Below are positions 7,849-15,923 of a stretch of 32,000 nucleotides of DNA, one piece after another. The stretch's first letter is position 1, and each line of letters begins with the position of its first letter. Source of the DNA: Candidatus Saccharimonadota bacterium (GTDB lineage: Archaea > Nanobdellota > Nanobdellia > Pacearchaeales > GW2011-AR1); NCBI GenBank assembly GCA_049511795.1, contig JBEKXS010000002.1, positions 60,001 through 92,000 of the forward strand. Reading direction: 5' to 3'. The translations under genes were made by a program, and so were the position numbers. The notes beneath the pieces were generated by a model. It worked only from the letters and a program-made list of their open reading frames with translations, ran no database searches and was not told where the DNA came from.

Positions 7849-8433
7849 ATGGCTAATACAAAAGAAGTAAAAGAAAAAAAGTCAAAGGAATCAAAATCAA
7901 GTTTAGCTGAAAAATCTGTTTCCTACAAAGGAATGTATAGTTACATAAAACAAGCTTGGAAAAAACCTGATAAAAAAATCTTGAGAGAAAGAATGATACA
8001 ATGGAGAAGCTCTCCTGTTTTTACAAGAGTGGAAAAACCATTAAGGCTTGACAAGGCAAGAGCTCTTGGATACAAGGCAAAAAAAGGATTTGTTGTCATT
8101 CGTGTAAGGCTTATGCGTGGAGGACACAGAAGGTCAAGACCTAACAAAGGAAGAAGGGGAAAAAGACTTCACACAAGAAAAAATCTTATGATGAACTATC
8201 AATGGATTGCAGAACAAAGAGCTGCAAAAAAATTCACAAATCTTGAAGTCCTTAATTCTTATCAAATTGGGAAAGATGGAGTACATTATTTTTATGAAGT
8301 AATTCTCGTTGATCCTGAAAGACCTGAGATAAAAAACGACAAAACAATTTCATGGATTGCAAGACCTGAAAACAAAGGAAGGGTTTTCCATGGATTAACA
8401 AGTTCTGCAAGGAAATCTCGCGGATTTAGATAA
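7849..8433 (+). CDS. rpl15e: 50S ribosomal protein L15e (eL15)
   Basis: 194 aa. YIKQAWKKPD...WRSSPVFTRVEKPLRLDKARALGYKAKKGFVVIRVRLMRGGHRRSRPNKGRRGKR is the eL15 signature region. A TTTAAAAA box 21 nt upstream of ATG 7849 favours the long form, which carries a 28-aa K/S/E-rich N-terminal extension. The alternative start is Met29 at 7933. Confidence 0.85.
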   Translation: MANTKEVKEKKSKESKSSLAEKSVSYKGMYSYIKQAWKKPDKKILRERMIQWRSSPVFTRVEKPLRLDKARALGYKAKKGFVVIRVRLMRGGHRRSRPNKGRRGKRLHTRKNLMMNYQWIAEQRAAKKFTNLEVLNSYQIGKDGVHYFYEVILVDPERPEIKNDKTISWIARPENKGRVFHGLTSSARKSRGFR

Positions 8434-8467
8434 ACAGGCTTAAAAATTACAATATCTTTAATTATTA

Positions 8468-10189
8468 ATGTTATACTCAAAGCTGGCAGAGTTCTATAAT
8501 AAAGCAGGAAACACTACAAAAAGGCTTGAAAAAATAGAAATACTTTCGCATTTTTTAAAAGAAATTCCTGAAAAAAGCAAGGACATTATTTATCTTCTTC
8601 TTGGAGACATTTATCCTGAATATGATGAAAGAAGAATTGGAATAAGCAGTCAGCTTGCAATAAAGGCAATTTCAAAAGCAACAGGAACACAAGAGATCAA
8701 GGTTTTGCATGAGTGGAAAGAAATTGGAGACTTAGGAAAAGTTTCCGAAAAACTTACAGAAAAAAAGAAGCAGTCAACTCTCCAGAAGCACATTCTCACA
8801 ACAGAAAAAGTTTTGGACAACCTAAGAAAACTTCCAGGATTGGAAGGAAAAGGAACTGTTGATAAAAAACTTTCATTAATTGTTGAACTTCTCACATCTG
8901 CATCGCCGATTGAAGCATTGTATCTTGTAAGAACTCTTATAGGTGATTTAAGGATTGGTGTAAAGGAAAGCACAATCAGAGATTCAATGGCTGTTGCATT
9001 TTTCGATGACAAGAAGGAAGCAGTAAAAAAACTTCAGGATGCAATAGACAAGACAAATGATATTGCATCTGTATTTGAAATAATAAAAACAGGAAAAATG
9101 AAGCAGCTTTCAGATCTTGAGCTTCAAGTTGGCAAGCCAATAAAAGTCATGCTCGCACAAAAGGCAGCAAGCATAAAAGATGGCCTTGAAAAAGTAGGTA
9201 AGCCATGCGCAATCGAATACAAATATGACGGTTTCCGCCTTGAAATTCACAAAAATAAAAACCAGATTATTCTTTTCACACGTCGGTTGGAAAATGTCAC
9301 AAAGCAGTTTCCAGAAGTTATTGACTATGTAAAAAAATATGTCAAAGGTGATTCTTTTATTATTGATTCAGAAGCAGTTGGATTTGACAGGAAAACAAAA
9401 GAATACAAGCCATTCCAAGAAATCAGCCAGAGAATAAGAAGAAAATATGACATAGAAAAATTGCAGGAAGAGCTTCCTGTTGAAGTAAATGTTTTCGATA
9501 TAATTTATTACAACGGAAAATCAATGTTGAACGAGCCTTTTCAAAAAAGAACAGAGCTTTTAAGAAAAATTATCAAAAACCAGCCTTACAAAATAATCCA
9601 TGCAAAGCAAATAATCACGAGCGATGAAAAAGAAGCTGAAAAATTCTACAAAAAAGCGCTCCAAGATAATCAGGAAGGTGTAATGTTCAAAAATCTTGAA
9701 GCTGTTTACCAGCCAGGAAGCAGAGTTGGCAACATGCTAAAGATGAAACCAGAAGAGCGTGACCTTGATCTTGTGATTACAGGCGGAGAGTATGGAACAG
9801 GAAAACGTTCTGGCTGGCTTTCAAGTTATATTCTTTCATGCAAAGATGAATCAACTGGAAAATTCCTTGAAATAGGAAAGGTTGGAACAGGAATAAAAGA
9901 AAAAGCAACAGAAGAAAGCACTCCTGATATTTCATTCAATGAGCTGACAGAAAAGCTAAGGCCTTATTTCCTTGAAGAGCATGGAAAAACAGTCAAAATA
10001 AAACCAAAGATTGTCGTGTCTGTCACATATCAGGAAATCCAGCATTCTCCAAATTATAATTCAGGTTTTGCCCTCAGATTTCCAAGATTTACTGCACTCA
10101 GGCCAGACAAATCTCCTGATGATGCTTCAACCTTGAAAGAAATCAAGAAAGATTTTGAAGGCCAAAAAAGAAATTTTAGATATGGCTGA
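8468..10189 (+). CDS. lig: ATP-dependent DNA ligase
   Basis: 573 aa. Adenylation motif I in AIEYKYDGFRLEIH, later motifs EGVMFK and LKMKP, and an archaeal/eukaryotic-type three-domain length. Confidence 0.9.
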   Translation: MLYSKLAEFYNKAGNTTKRLEKIEILSHFLKEIPEKSKDIIYLLLGDIYPEYDERRIGISSQLAIKAISKATGTQEIKVLHEWKEIGDLGKVSEKLTEKKKQSTLQKHILTTEKVLDNLRKLPGLEGKGTVDKKLSLIVELLTSASPIEALYLVRTLIGDLRIGVKESTIRDSMAVAFFDDKKEAVKKLQDAIDKTNDIASVFEIIKTGKMKQLSDLELQVGKPIKVMLAQKAASIKDGLEKVGKPCAIEYKYDGFRLEIHKNKNQIILFTRRLENVTKQFPEVIDYVKKYVKGDSFIIDSEAVGFDRKTKEYKPFQEISQRIRRKYDIEKLQEELPVEVNVFDIIYYNGKSMLNEPFQKRTELLRKIIKNQPYKIIHAKQIITSDEKEAEKFYKKALQDNQEGVMFKNLEAVYQPGSRVGNMLKMKPEERDLDLVITGGEYGTGKRSGWLSSYILSCKDESTGKFLEIGKVGTGIKEKATEESTPDISFNELTEKLRPYFLEEHGKTVKIKPKIVVSVTYQEIQHSPNYNSGFALRFPRFTALRPDKSPDDASTLKEIKKDFEGQKRNFRYG

Positions 10190-10699
10190 TTAATTATTAA
10201 TGTACACTCCACATCTTCTAAAAATTTCTGTATGTCTTGACTCTTGCAATAAATTATGAAACATTTCATGCTTAGCAACTTTTTGCGCTAAAGAGTATTC
10301 TTCAGGGCTTGGAATTGGAACTAACCTTAATCTTCTTGCAATTCTATCAGAGAAGTAGATTTTATTTGGAGGAAACCATAACCCATCACATTTTTTTGAT
10401 TTGTAACGTTTACAGGGAATATCTCCAAAAACATGAAAAAATCTTATGCTATTAAAATCCCCAGTTTTATGTGCACATTCTTCGACTTCCTGCCACCATG
10501 TTTCAAAAATAGGTCTAGGAGAATAAGGCTCTTTTTTCATTGAATCAAGTTCCGCTATATCATCAAGAGTAACTCCAGGATCTAAAGCAGATGGTGTATA
10601 TGGTGCCGCGGTTACTGCTGGTCCAGAATACTGCCTCTGAATTGGACAACTAGCAACTAATCCAGAAAGCAAAACAGGAAATAATTTTCTTAGTTTCAT
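10190..10699 (-). CDS. putative secreted lipoprotein with a C-terminal HExxH motif (possible small zinc metallopeptidase)
   Basis: 169 aa. Signal peptide ending in lipobox-like LVASC. The mature part has 4 more Cys and KHEMFHNLLQESRH near the C-terminus. Composition is K/E-poor and P/R/W-richer than the neighbours. TTTATTAA (read on the minus strand) lies 21 nt upstream of the ATG. Confidence 0.6.
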   Translation of the reverse strand: MKLRKLFPVLLSGLVASCPIQRQYSGPAVTAAPYTPSALDPGVTLDDIAELDSMKKEPYSPRPIFETWWQEVEECAHKTGDFNSIRFFHVFGDIPCKRYKSKKCDGLWFPPNKIYFSDRIARRLRLVPIPSPEEYSLAQKVAKHEMFHNLLQESRHTEIFRRCGVYINN

Positions 10700-10753
10700 A
10701 CAAGGAAGTAAAATAAAGTCTTAATAAAAATTTGTATACTTTTCCTCAAGCCA

Positions 10754-10793
10754 TTTATAAACCTTTATAAAGCCCCTCTTCTGTATTTATAAA
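10754..10793. promoter_or_regulatory. three copies of the palindromic TATA octamer TTTATAAA upstream of tbp
   Basis: Copies at 10754-10761, 10764-10771 and 10786-10793. The sequence reads ccaTTTATAAAccTTTATAAAgcccctcttctgtaTTTATAAAgcaaatcttttcaaaaATG. Confidence 0.45.
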
Positions 10794-10809
10794 GCAAATC
10801 TTTTCAAAA

Positions 10810-11361
10810 ATGGTAAGCACTTACAAAATACAGAATATTGTTGCTACAACTTCTCTTGAAAAACCTATTCCTTTGACAAAACTCGCAAGAACGCAGCCAA
10901 ATACAGAATACAATCCAGAAACATTTCCAGGTCTTGTTCTACGTGTCAAAGAGCCAAAATCAGCTGTTCTTGTGTTTTCTTCAGGAAATTTGGTTTGCAC
11001 AGGTACAAAATCAATTGCACAAGTCAAAAAGGTAATACAAGCAGTCATAAGGCAGTTAAGAAAAATAAATGTCAATATAACAACAAAGCCAAAGATAACT
11101 GTCCAGAATATTGTTGCTTCAGGAACGATAAATCTCAAGCTTAACCTTAATTTCCTTGCTATTGAGATGGAAAACACAGAATATGAACCAGAGCAGTTTC
11201 CAGGCCTTGTTTACAAGCTTATAGAACCAAATGCAACATTCCTTTTGTTCAGCAATGGGAAGCTTGTATGCACAGGAACAAAGAACAAGCAGCAGCTTGA
11301 ATTCTCAATGGCCCAATTGCTGAAAAATGTCAAGGCAATCCTAAAAAATTACGAAAAGTAA
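10810..11361 (+). CDS. tbp: TATA-box-binding protein
   Basis: 183 aa with two direct TBP repeats (IQNIVATTSL...FPGLVLRVKEPKSAVLVFSSGNLVCTGTKS and VQNIVASGTI...FPGLVYKLIEPNATFLLFSNGKLVCTGTKN). Confidence 0.95.
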   Translation: MVSTYKIQNIVATTSLEKPIPLTKLARTQPNTEYNPETFPGLVLRVKEPKSAVLVFSSGNLVCTGTKSIAQVKKVIQAVIRQLRKINVNITTKPKITVQNIVASGTINLKLNLNFLAIEMENTEYEPEQFPGLVYKLIEPNATFLLFSNGKLVCTGTKNKQQLEFSMAQLLKNVKAILKNYEK

Positions 11362-11476
11362 GATTCTGATTTTCACTACTGGAAAAATTAACTAACTCTT
11401 CTAAAACTATCCAATAGTTTACAATAAAGTATAAAAAGAAAACACTGGTTGCATAAATTACGGAGAAAAGAGAAAA

Positions 11477-13522
11477 ATGGATGCCACAGAGACGCAAAAA
11501 TCAAAAAACGAGGAATTGATGATTGAAGCAAAAAGCTTCTTTGATTCCTACAAAAAAGAGCTTGGTGAGTCAATAAGGAAAGGAAAAAATCCTTTATCAA
11601 AAGTAAATACCATTTATCTTGACTTCATGAAGCTTCTTGAATACTCTAACAAACTTGTAGACGAAATAATTGCTAATCCAGAGGAAAATTTAAGGATTCT
11701 TGAATTGGCAATTGAAGAAAAAGGGCTTATTGCAAATGTTCGTGTACGTTTGGTTAATGTTCCAAAAAGCAGTGAGATAAAAATCAGGGATCTAAGGTCA
11801 AGAAATCTGAATGAAATGCTTGTTGTTGAAGGCATTGTAAGGCAAGCTTCAGATGTTCGTCCTCAGGTTGTTAATGCAAAATTCGAATGCCCTAGCTGCG
11901 GAACAGTTCTTTCTGTTTTGCAAATAGAAAGAAAATTTCATGAACCTTCAAGATGTTCATGCGGACGCAGAGGCGGTTTCAAACTCATCAGCAAAGAAAT
12001 GGTTGACACTCAGAGACTCGTTGTTGAAGAATCCCCCGAAGCTTTGACAGGCGGAGAGCAGCCAAAAAGAATCAACATCTTCCTTAAAGAAGATCTTGTT
12101 GAGCCAAATATGGAAGAAAAAACAACTCCGGGAAGCAGGATAAAAGTAATTGGTATTTTGAAAGAAGTTCCTGTTCCCCTTCAGTCAGGCGGGCTTTCAA
12201 CCCGTTTTGAATTAGCTCTTGAAGCAAATAACATAATTCCTATGGAAGAAACTTTTGAAGAATTGGACATAAATGAAGAAGATGAAAAACAAATTATGGA
12301 ACTTTCTCAAGACCCAAGACTTTTTGAAAAACTTACAAAAAGCATTATACCAAGTGTCTGGGGATATGATGAAATAAAACGTTGCTTAATTCTCCAATTG
12401 TTCGGTGGTGTTGTAAAAATTCATGCAGATGGCCAAAGAAGTAGGGGAGATATTCACATTCTTTTGATTGGTGATCCTGGTGTTGCAAAATCAGCAACTC
12501 TTGGATTTATGTCAAGAATTGCGCCAAAAGGAAGATATGTTGTTGGAAAAAGTGCAAGCGGGGCAGGACTTACAGCAACAGTTGTTCGTGATGAATATCT
12601 TCGTGGCTGGTCTTTAGAAGCAGGTTCAATGGTTCTTTCAAATAAAGGATTAATTTGCATTGATGAACTTGAAAAAATGGATCCTGGAGACAGAAGTGCA
12701 ATGCATGAAGCAATGGAACAGCAAACAGTTACAATCAGCAAAGCAAATGTTCACGCTACTTTGCGAGCAGAAACAAGTGTTCTTGCAGCTGCAAATCCAA
12801 AGTTCGGAAGATTTGACCCTTTCCAGTCAATTGCACAGCAAATTGACCTTCCTCCTACATTAATCAACAGATTCGATGTTATCTTTCCTCTTAGAGATCT
12901 TCCTAACAAAGAAAAAGATGAACTTATTGCAATTCATGTTCTCCACGAGCACCAAAATCTTGGGGAAGAAATGGTAATTTCAAAAGAGCTTCTAAGAAAA
13001 TATGTTGCTTATGCAAAGCAAAGAGTAAAGCCAATGCTCACAGATGATGCTGTGGATGAAATAAAAAAATTCTATGTTGAATTGAGAAACACACCTGTTT
13101 CTTCAGAAGGTGCTGTGCGTCCAATCCCTATTTCAGCAAGGCAGTTGCAGGCATTGATAAGAATGTCAGAAGCTTCTGCAAAAATGCGCCTCTCTGAAAC
13201 GGTTGATAAAGATGATGCAATAAGAGCAATAGATATCCTGAAATATTATCTTATGCAGGTTGGTTATGATTATGAATCAAAGACATTTGATATTGACAGG
13301 GGAACAGGAGGAATGGCTGCTTCCCAGAGAAACAAAGTTTTCACAGTAAGAGATGTAATAACACAGCTTGAAAGTAGGCTTGGAAAAATGATACCAATAG
13401 AAGAAATTGAAAAAGAACTTGAAGGCAAGCTCACAAAGGACGAAATAGAAGAAGCAATAACAAAGCTTGACATAAGCGGTGTTGTCTTCCGCCCAAGAAG
13501 AGGCTATGTAGGAAGAACTTAA
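11477..13522 (+). CDS. mcm: MCM replicative helicase
   Basis: 681 aa. Zinc motif CPSCG...CSCG, Walker A GDPGVAKS, Walker B ICIDELEKM, arginine finger region LINRFDVIF, and a C-terminal winged-helix-like tail. Confidence 0.95.
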   Translation: MDATETQKSKNEELMIEAKSFFDSYKKELGESIRKGKNPLSKVNTIYLDFMKLLEYSNKLVDEIIANPEENLRILELAIEEKGLIANVRVRLVNVPKSSEIKIRDLRSRNLNEMLVVEGIVRQASDVRPQVVNAKFECPSCGTVLSVLQIERKFHEPSRCSCGRRGGFKLISKEMVDTQRLVVEESPEALTGGEQPKRINIFLKEDLVEPNMEEKTTPGSRIKVIGILKEVPVPLQSGGLSTRFELALEANNIIPMEETFEELDINEEDEKQIMELSQDPRLFEKLTKSIIPSVWGYDEIKRCLILQLFGGVVKIHADGQRSRGDIHILLIGDPGVAKSATLGFMSRIAPKGRYVVGKSASGAGLTATVVRDEYLRGWSLEAGSMVLSNKGLICIDELEKMDPGDRSAMHEAMEQQTVTISKANVHATLRAETSVLAAANPKFGRFDPFQSIAQQIDLPPTLINRFDVIFPLRDLPNKEKDELIAIHVLHEHQNLGEEMVISKELLRKYVAYAKQRVKPMLTDDAVDEIKKFYVELRNTPVSSEGAVRPIPISARQLQALIRMSEASAKMRLSETVDKDDAIRAIDILKYYLMQVGYDYESKTFDIDRGTGGMAASQRNKVFTVRDVITQLESRLGKMIPIEEIEKELEGKLTKDEIEEAITKLDISGVVFRPRRGYVGRT

Positions 13523-13546
13523 AAACAAACATTAAATAAAAACAAA

Positions 13547-14200
13547 ATGGCAGAACAACAATTCAAAAGAAATACTGCATACAAATTCAGAGTTGGCGAT
13601 ATTTTAATTGGAAAGCCAATTATGAATACTGGCACAGGTTCTCAAGGACAGGAAAGATTTGCATTTCTTGAATTAGGGGACAAAAAAATTGTCCGTGTGA
13701 ATGTAATAGGGAATGTTGTTGACAAATATGAAAATCTTGGGGACACAAAATATGTTTCTTTCACAGTTGATGATGGTTCTGGCCAGATAAGAGTTAAGAT
13801 TTTTGGTGATGATACAGAAAGATACAAAGATTTTGTCCAGGGTCAAACAGTTGTTATAGTTGGTGTTCTTCGTTACTGGAATAATGAACTTTATATTTCT
13901 CCTGAAATAATCAAGGAAACAAGTCCAAAATATCTTTTGATAAGAAAGCTTGAGACAGAAAAAGACAAAGCTGTCTCGCAGAGCCAGAGTCCAATGGGAA
14001 AAGAACAGATAGTTGCAATAAGCGACCAAATTCTTAATATGATAAAGGAATCAGAGCCAGAAGGCGGAATTGAAACAGAGAAAATAATCCTAAAACTTCA
14101 GCAGTTTTCTCCAACAATAATTAACAAGGAAATCCAGAGGCTTCTTGAAGAAGGAATTGTTTTCGAGCCTCGTCCCGGAAAGATAAGATACTTGGGATAG
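13547..14200 (+). CDS. OB-fold plus C-terminal winged-helix protein (RPA32/Stn1-like ssDNA-binding protein, putative)
   Basis: 217 aa, starting 24 nt after the mcm stop. The OB core VRVNVIGNVVDKY...VSFTVDDGSGQIRVKIFGDD...GQTVVIVGVLRYWNNELYISPEIIKE follows the RPA32-type pattern. The C-terminus IINKEIQRLLEEGIVFEPRPGKIRYL looks like a winged helix. Confidence 0.6.
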   Translation: MAEQQFKRNTAYKFRVGDILIGKPIMNTGTGSQGQERFAFLELGDKKIVRVNVIGNVVDKYENLGDTKYVSFTVDDGSGQIRVKIFGDDTERYKDFVQGQTVVIVGVLRYWNNELYISPEIIKETSPKYLLIRKLETEKDKAVSQSQSPMGKEQIVAISDQILNMIKESEPEGGIETEKIILKLQQFSPTIINKEIQRLLEEGIVFEPRPGKIRYLG

Positions 14201-14250
14201 ATATTTTTAACAACACATATTCTTAAAAAAAGAAAATACAAGATTTTATT

Positions 14251-14613
14251 ATGAGAGAAAGCTATTTCAGATTACAATCAGGGGAAAATAAAAAGCAATA
14301 TGGGGTTATATTAAGAGAAAAAGCAGGAGAACTAGAAGAATTAACCGGATTTATAGAACTTAAGAGAGTTGGAAGAACTTCAATAGGTACACATTATGAA
14401 GCAGACCTTAATACAAATGGACATGGAGAGCCAATGTATGCTGGAGGAAAACATGAACAAGAAATTGTCGGGTTAACATTAACAACAAAATCTCAGGTAG
14501 AAATTCATAAGCAGCCAAAAAAACCTGTAACAGTGAGTAGAATTGGAATGTCAGAAGCTACTAAAATTCTAGAAGATATTGAGTATTTAAGAAATGTTGA
14601 GGCATGGCTTTAG
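14251..14613 (+). CDS. hypothetical cytoplasmic protein
   Basis: 120-aa ORF with a CTTAAAAA box 21 nt upstream of the ATG. I recognise no family. Its 3' end overlaps the convergent membrane-protein gene by 53 nt. Confidence 0.5.
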   Translation: MRESYFRLQSGENKKQYGVILREKAGELEELTGFIELKRVGRTSIGTHYEADLNTNGHGEPMYAGGKHEQEIVGLTLTTKSQVEIHKQPKKPVTVSRIGMSEATKILEDIEYLRNVEAWL

Positions 14614-15151
14614 TAAAATTTTTATCTTCTTCTCTTTTTTTTAATTTGCTGTTCCAGAAATAAGCAAACCAAATTAAAATAACAAGTCCTATAAATGAAA
14701 GCAAAAATCTAAGCCAGTTGTGTGTGTAAGGCCAGTATGCTCCGCTTCCATAAATTAATGTTCCAACTCCTCCACCCATAAGTCCTGCTCCAACAGCTTC
14801 AAGACCAAAAAAGAAAGCTCCAGCAGAAATTATAACAATTCCAAGTGGAAGTGCGATGAAGAAAACTTTTTCAGCTCTTGCTTTGGATACATTGTCATAT
14901 TGCTGGTTACAATAATATGTCAAATCACAGTAACCGCTTGACTGGTTGTCTATTTTTGGCCCGTTAATGTAATTCCACATCCCTCCCTGTGCAACACAAG
15001 TTACATTATCACTGATTGGATTGTTGTAATTTACATTTCCGCAGAAATCATTGTAATTTACAGATGGAAAAAAAGTGTTTATTGCATAATATGTCACAAA
15101 AATTGTAAGAACAATTATTGCAATACCAAGAACAATATTTTTTATGTTCAT
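14561..15151 (-). CDS. integral membrane protein with a small Cys-containing extracytoplasmic loop
   Basis: 196 aa. N-terminal TM (IVLGIAIIVLTIFVTYYAI), an N/Y-rich loop with 4 Cys, then about three Gly-rich TM helices and a basic tail. The TATA box lies 21 nt upstream. Confidence 0.65.
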   Translation of the reverse strand: MNIKNIVLGIAIIVLTIFVTYYAINTFFPSVNYNDFCGNVNYNNPISDNVTCVAQGGMWNYINGPKIDNQSSGYCDLTYYCNQQYDNVSKARAEKVFFIALPLGIVIISAGAFFFGLEAVGAGLMGGGVGTLIYGSGAYWPYTHNWLRFLLSFIGLVILIWFAYFWNSKLKKREEDKNFTKAMPQHFLNTQYLLEF

Positions 15152-15172
15152 GAAACCAGAAAGGTTAAAAGA

Positions 15173-15180
15173 TTTATAAA
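15173..15180. promoter_or_regulatory. single palindromic TATA box TTTATAAA centred in a 50-bp divergent gap (bidirectional, leaderless promoter candidate)
   Basis: Exactly 21 nt separate it from the minus-strand ATG (15151) and 21 nt from the plus-strand ATG (15202). It is flanked by purine-rich AAAGA-type BRE-like sequence on both sides. Confidence 0.5.
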
Positions 15181-15201
15181 GTCTTTCTCTGACGATATAT
15201 T

Positions 15202-15612
15202 ATGGAAACTTATGAAAAATTGCTTGACGAAGCATATGGAAAAATAAAGAAAGCAGAAACAAACGGAGAAAGATTTGAAATACCAAAAGCAGAAGGACAT
15301 TTTGAAGGAAAAAAGACAGTCATAACAAACTTTTCACAAATTGCCTCAATTTTCAGGCGTTCTCCAGAACATTTGCAAAAATTTCTGCTTAAAGAACTAG
15401 CAGCAGCAGGGCAAAAAGACGGAGATCGTTTAGTTCTTAACATAAAAGTTCCAAGCTCAAAGATAAATCAAAAAATAGAGGAATATGCAAAAGAATTTGT
15501 TATCTGTAAGGAATGCGGAAAGCCAGATACAGAACTTTTCAGGGAAGACAGAATTACATTTATCAAGTGCCAAGCATGCGGAGCAAAGCACAGTGTGCGA
15601 AGCAAAATTTAA
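15202..15612 (+). CDS. eif2b: translation initiation factor aIF2 beta subunit
   Basis: 136 aa. FEIPKAEGHFEGKKTVITNF...PEHLQKFLLKELAAAG, and a C-terminal zinc ribbon CKECGKPDTEL...CQACGA. Confidence 0.9.
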   Translation: METYEKLLDEAYGKIKKAETNGERFEIPKAEGHFEGKKTVITNFSQIASIFRRSPEHLQKFLLKELAAAGQKDGDRLVLNIKVPSSKINQKIEEYAKEFVICKECGKPDTELFREDRITFIKCQACGAKHSVRSKI

Positions 15613-15679
15613 TTTTTCTCAAAATTATCAATAACAATCTTTAAAAATCAAATTTTCCTAAGGATTTTAGGAGGAAAAA

Positions 15680-15871
15680 ATGGTACAAGGATATTGTGTT
15701 AAATGCAAAGTAAAAGGCAGAGAGATGAAAAATCCACAGATAAAAATGACAGCTAGGGGTGGATATATGGCACAGGGAACTTGCGTTGTATGCGGAACAA
15801 AGATGAGCGCAATGATGTCCAAAGATAATGCAGAGAAAGCCATGAAGCAGGGTGCCAAGAAAGCTTTTTAA
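15680..15871 (+). CDS. small zinc-ribbon protein (DUF5679-like)
   Basis: 63 aa. YCVKCKVKGREMKNPQ...AQGTCVVCGTKMSAMM is a CxxC...CxxC pattern. A canonical GGAGG (15670-15674) sits 5 nt upstream of the ATG. Confidence 0.7.
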   Translation: MVQGYCVKCKVKGREMKNPQIKMTARGGYMAQGTCVVCGTKMSAMMSKDNAEKAMKQGAKKAF

Positions 15872-15923
15872 TTTTGTATTTTAATAAAATTATTTTGCAG
15901 TAATAAATAGGATTACATTAAAA

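Noticed and set aside
7933-8433. Shorter L15e starting at Met29.
   Set aside because: It would match typical eL15 N-termini. However, the promoter-box spacing supports ATG 7849 and no box is suitably placed for 7933. I kept it as an alternative in the feature note.
11388-11600. 70-aa minus-strand ORF spanning the tbp-mcm spacer and the mcm start.
   Set aside because: It overlaps the 5' end of mcm in antisense. The product is hydrophobic and low-complexity, and I see no upstream promoter box at the usual spacing.
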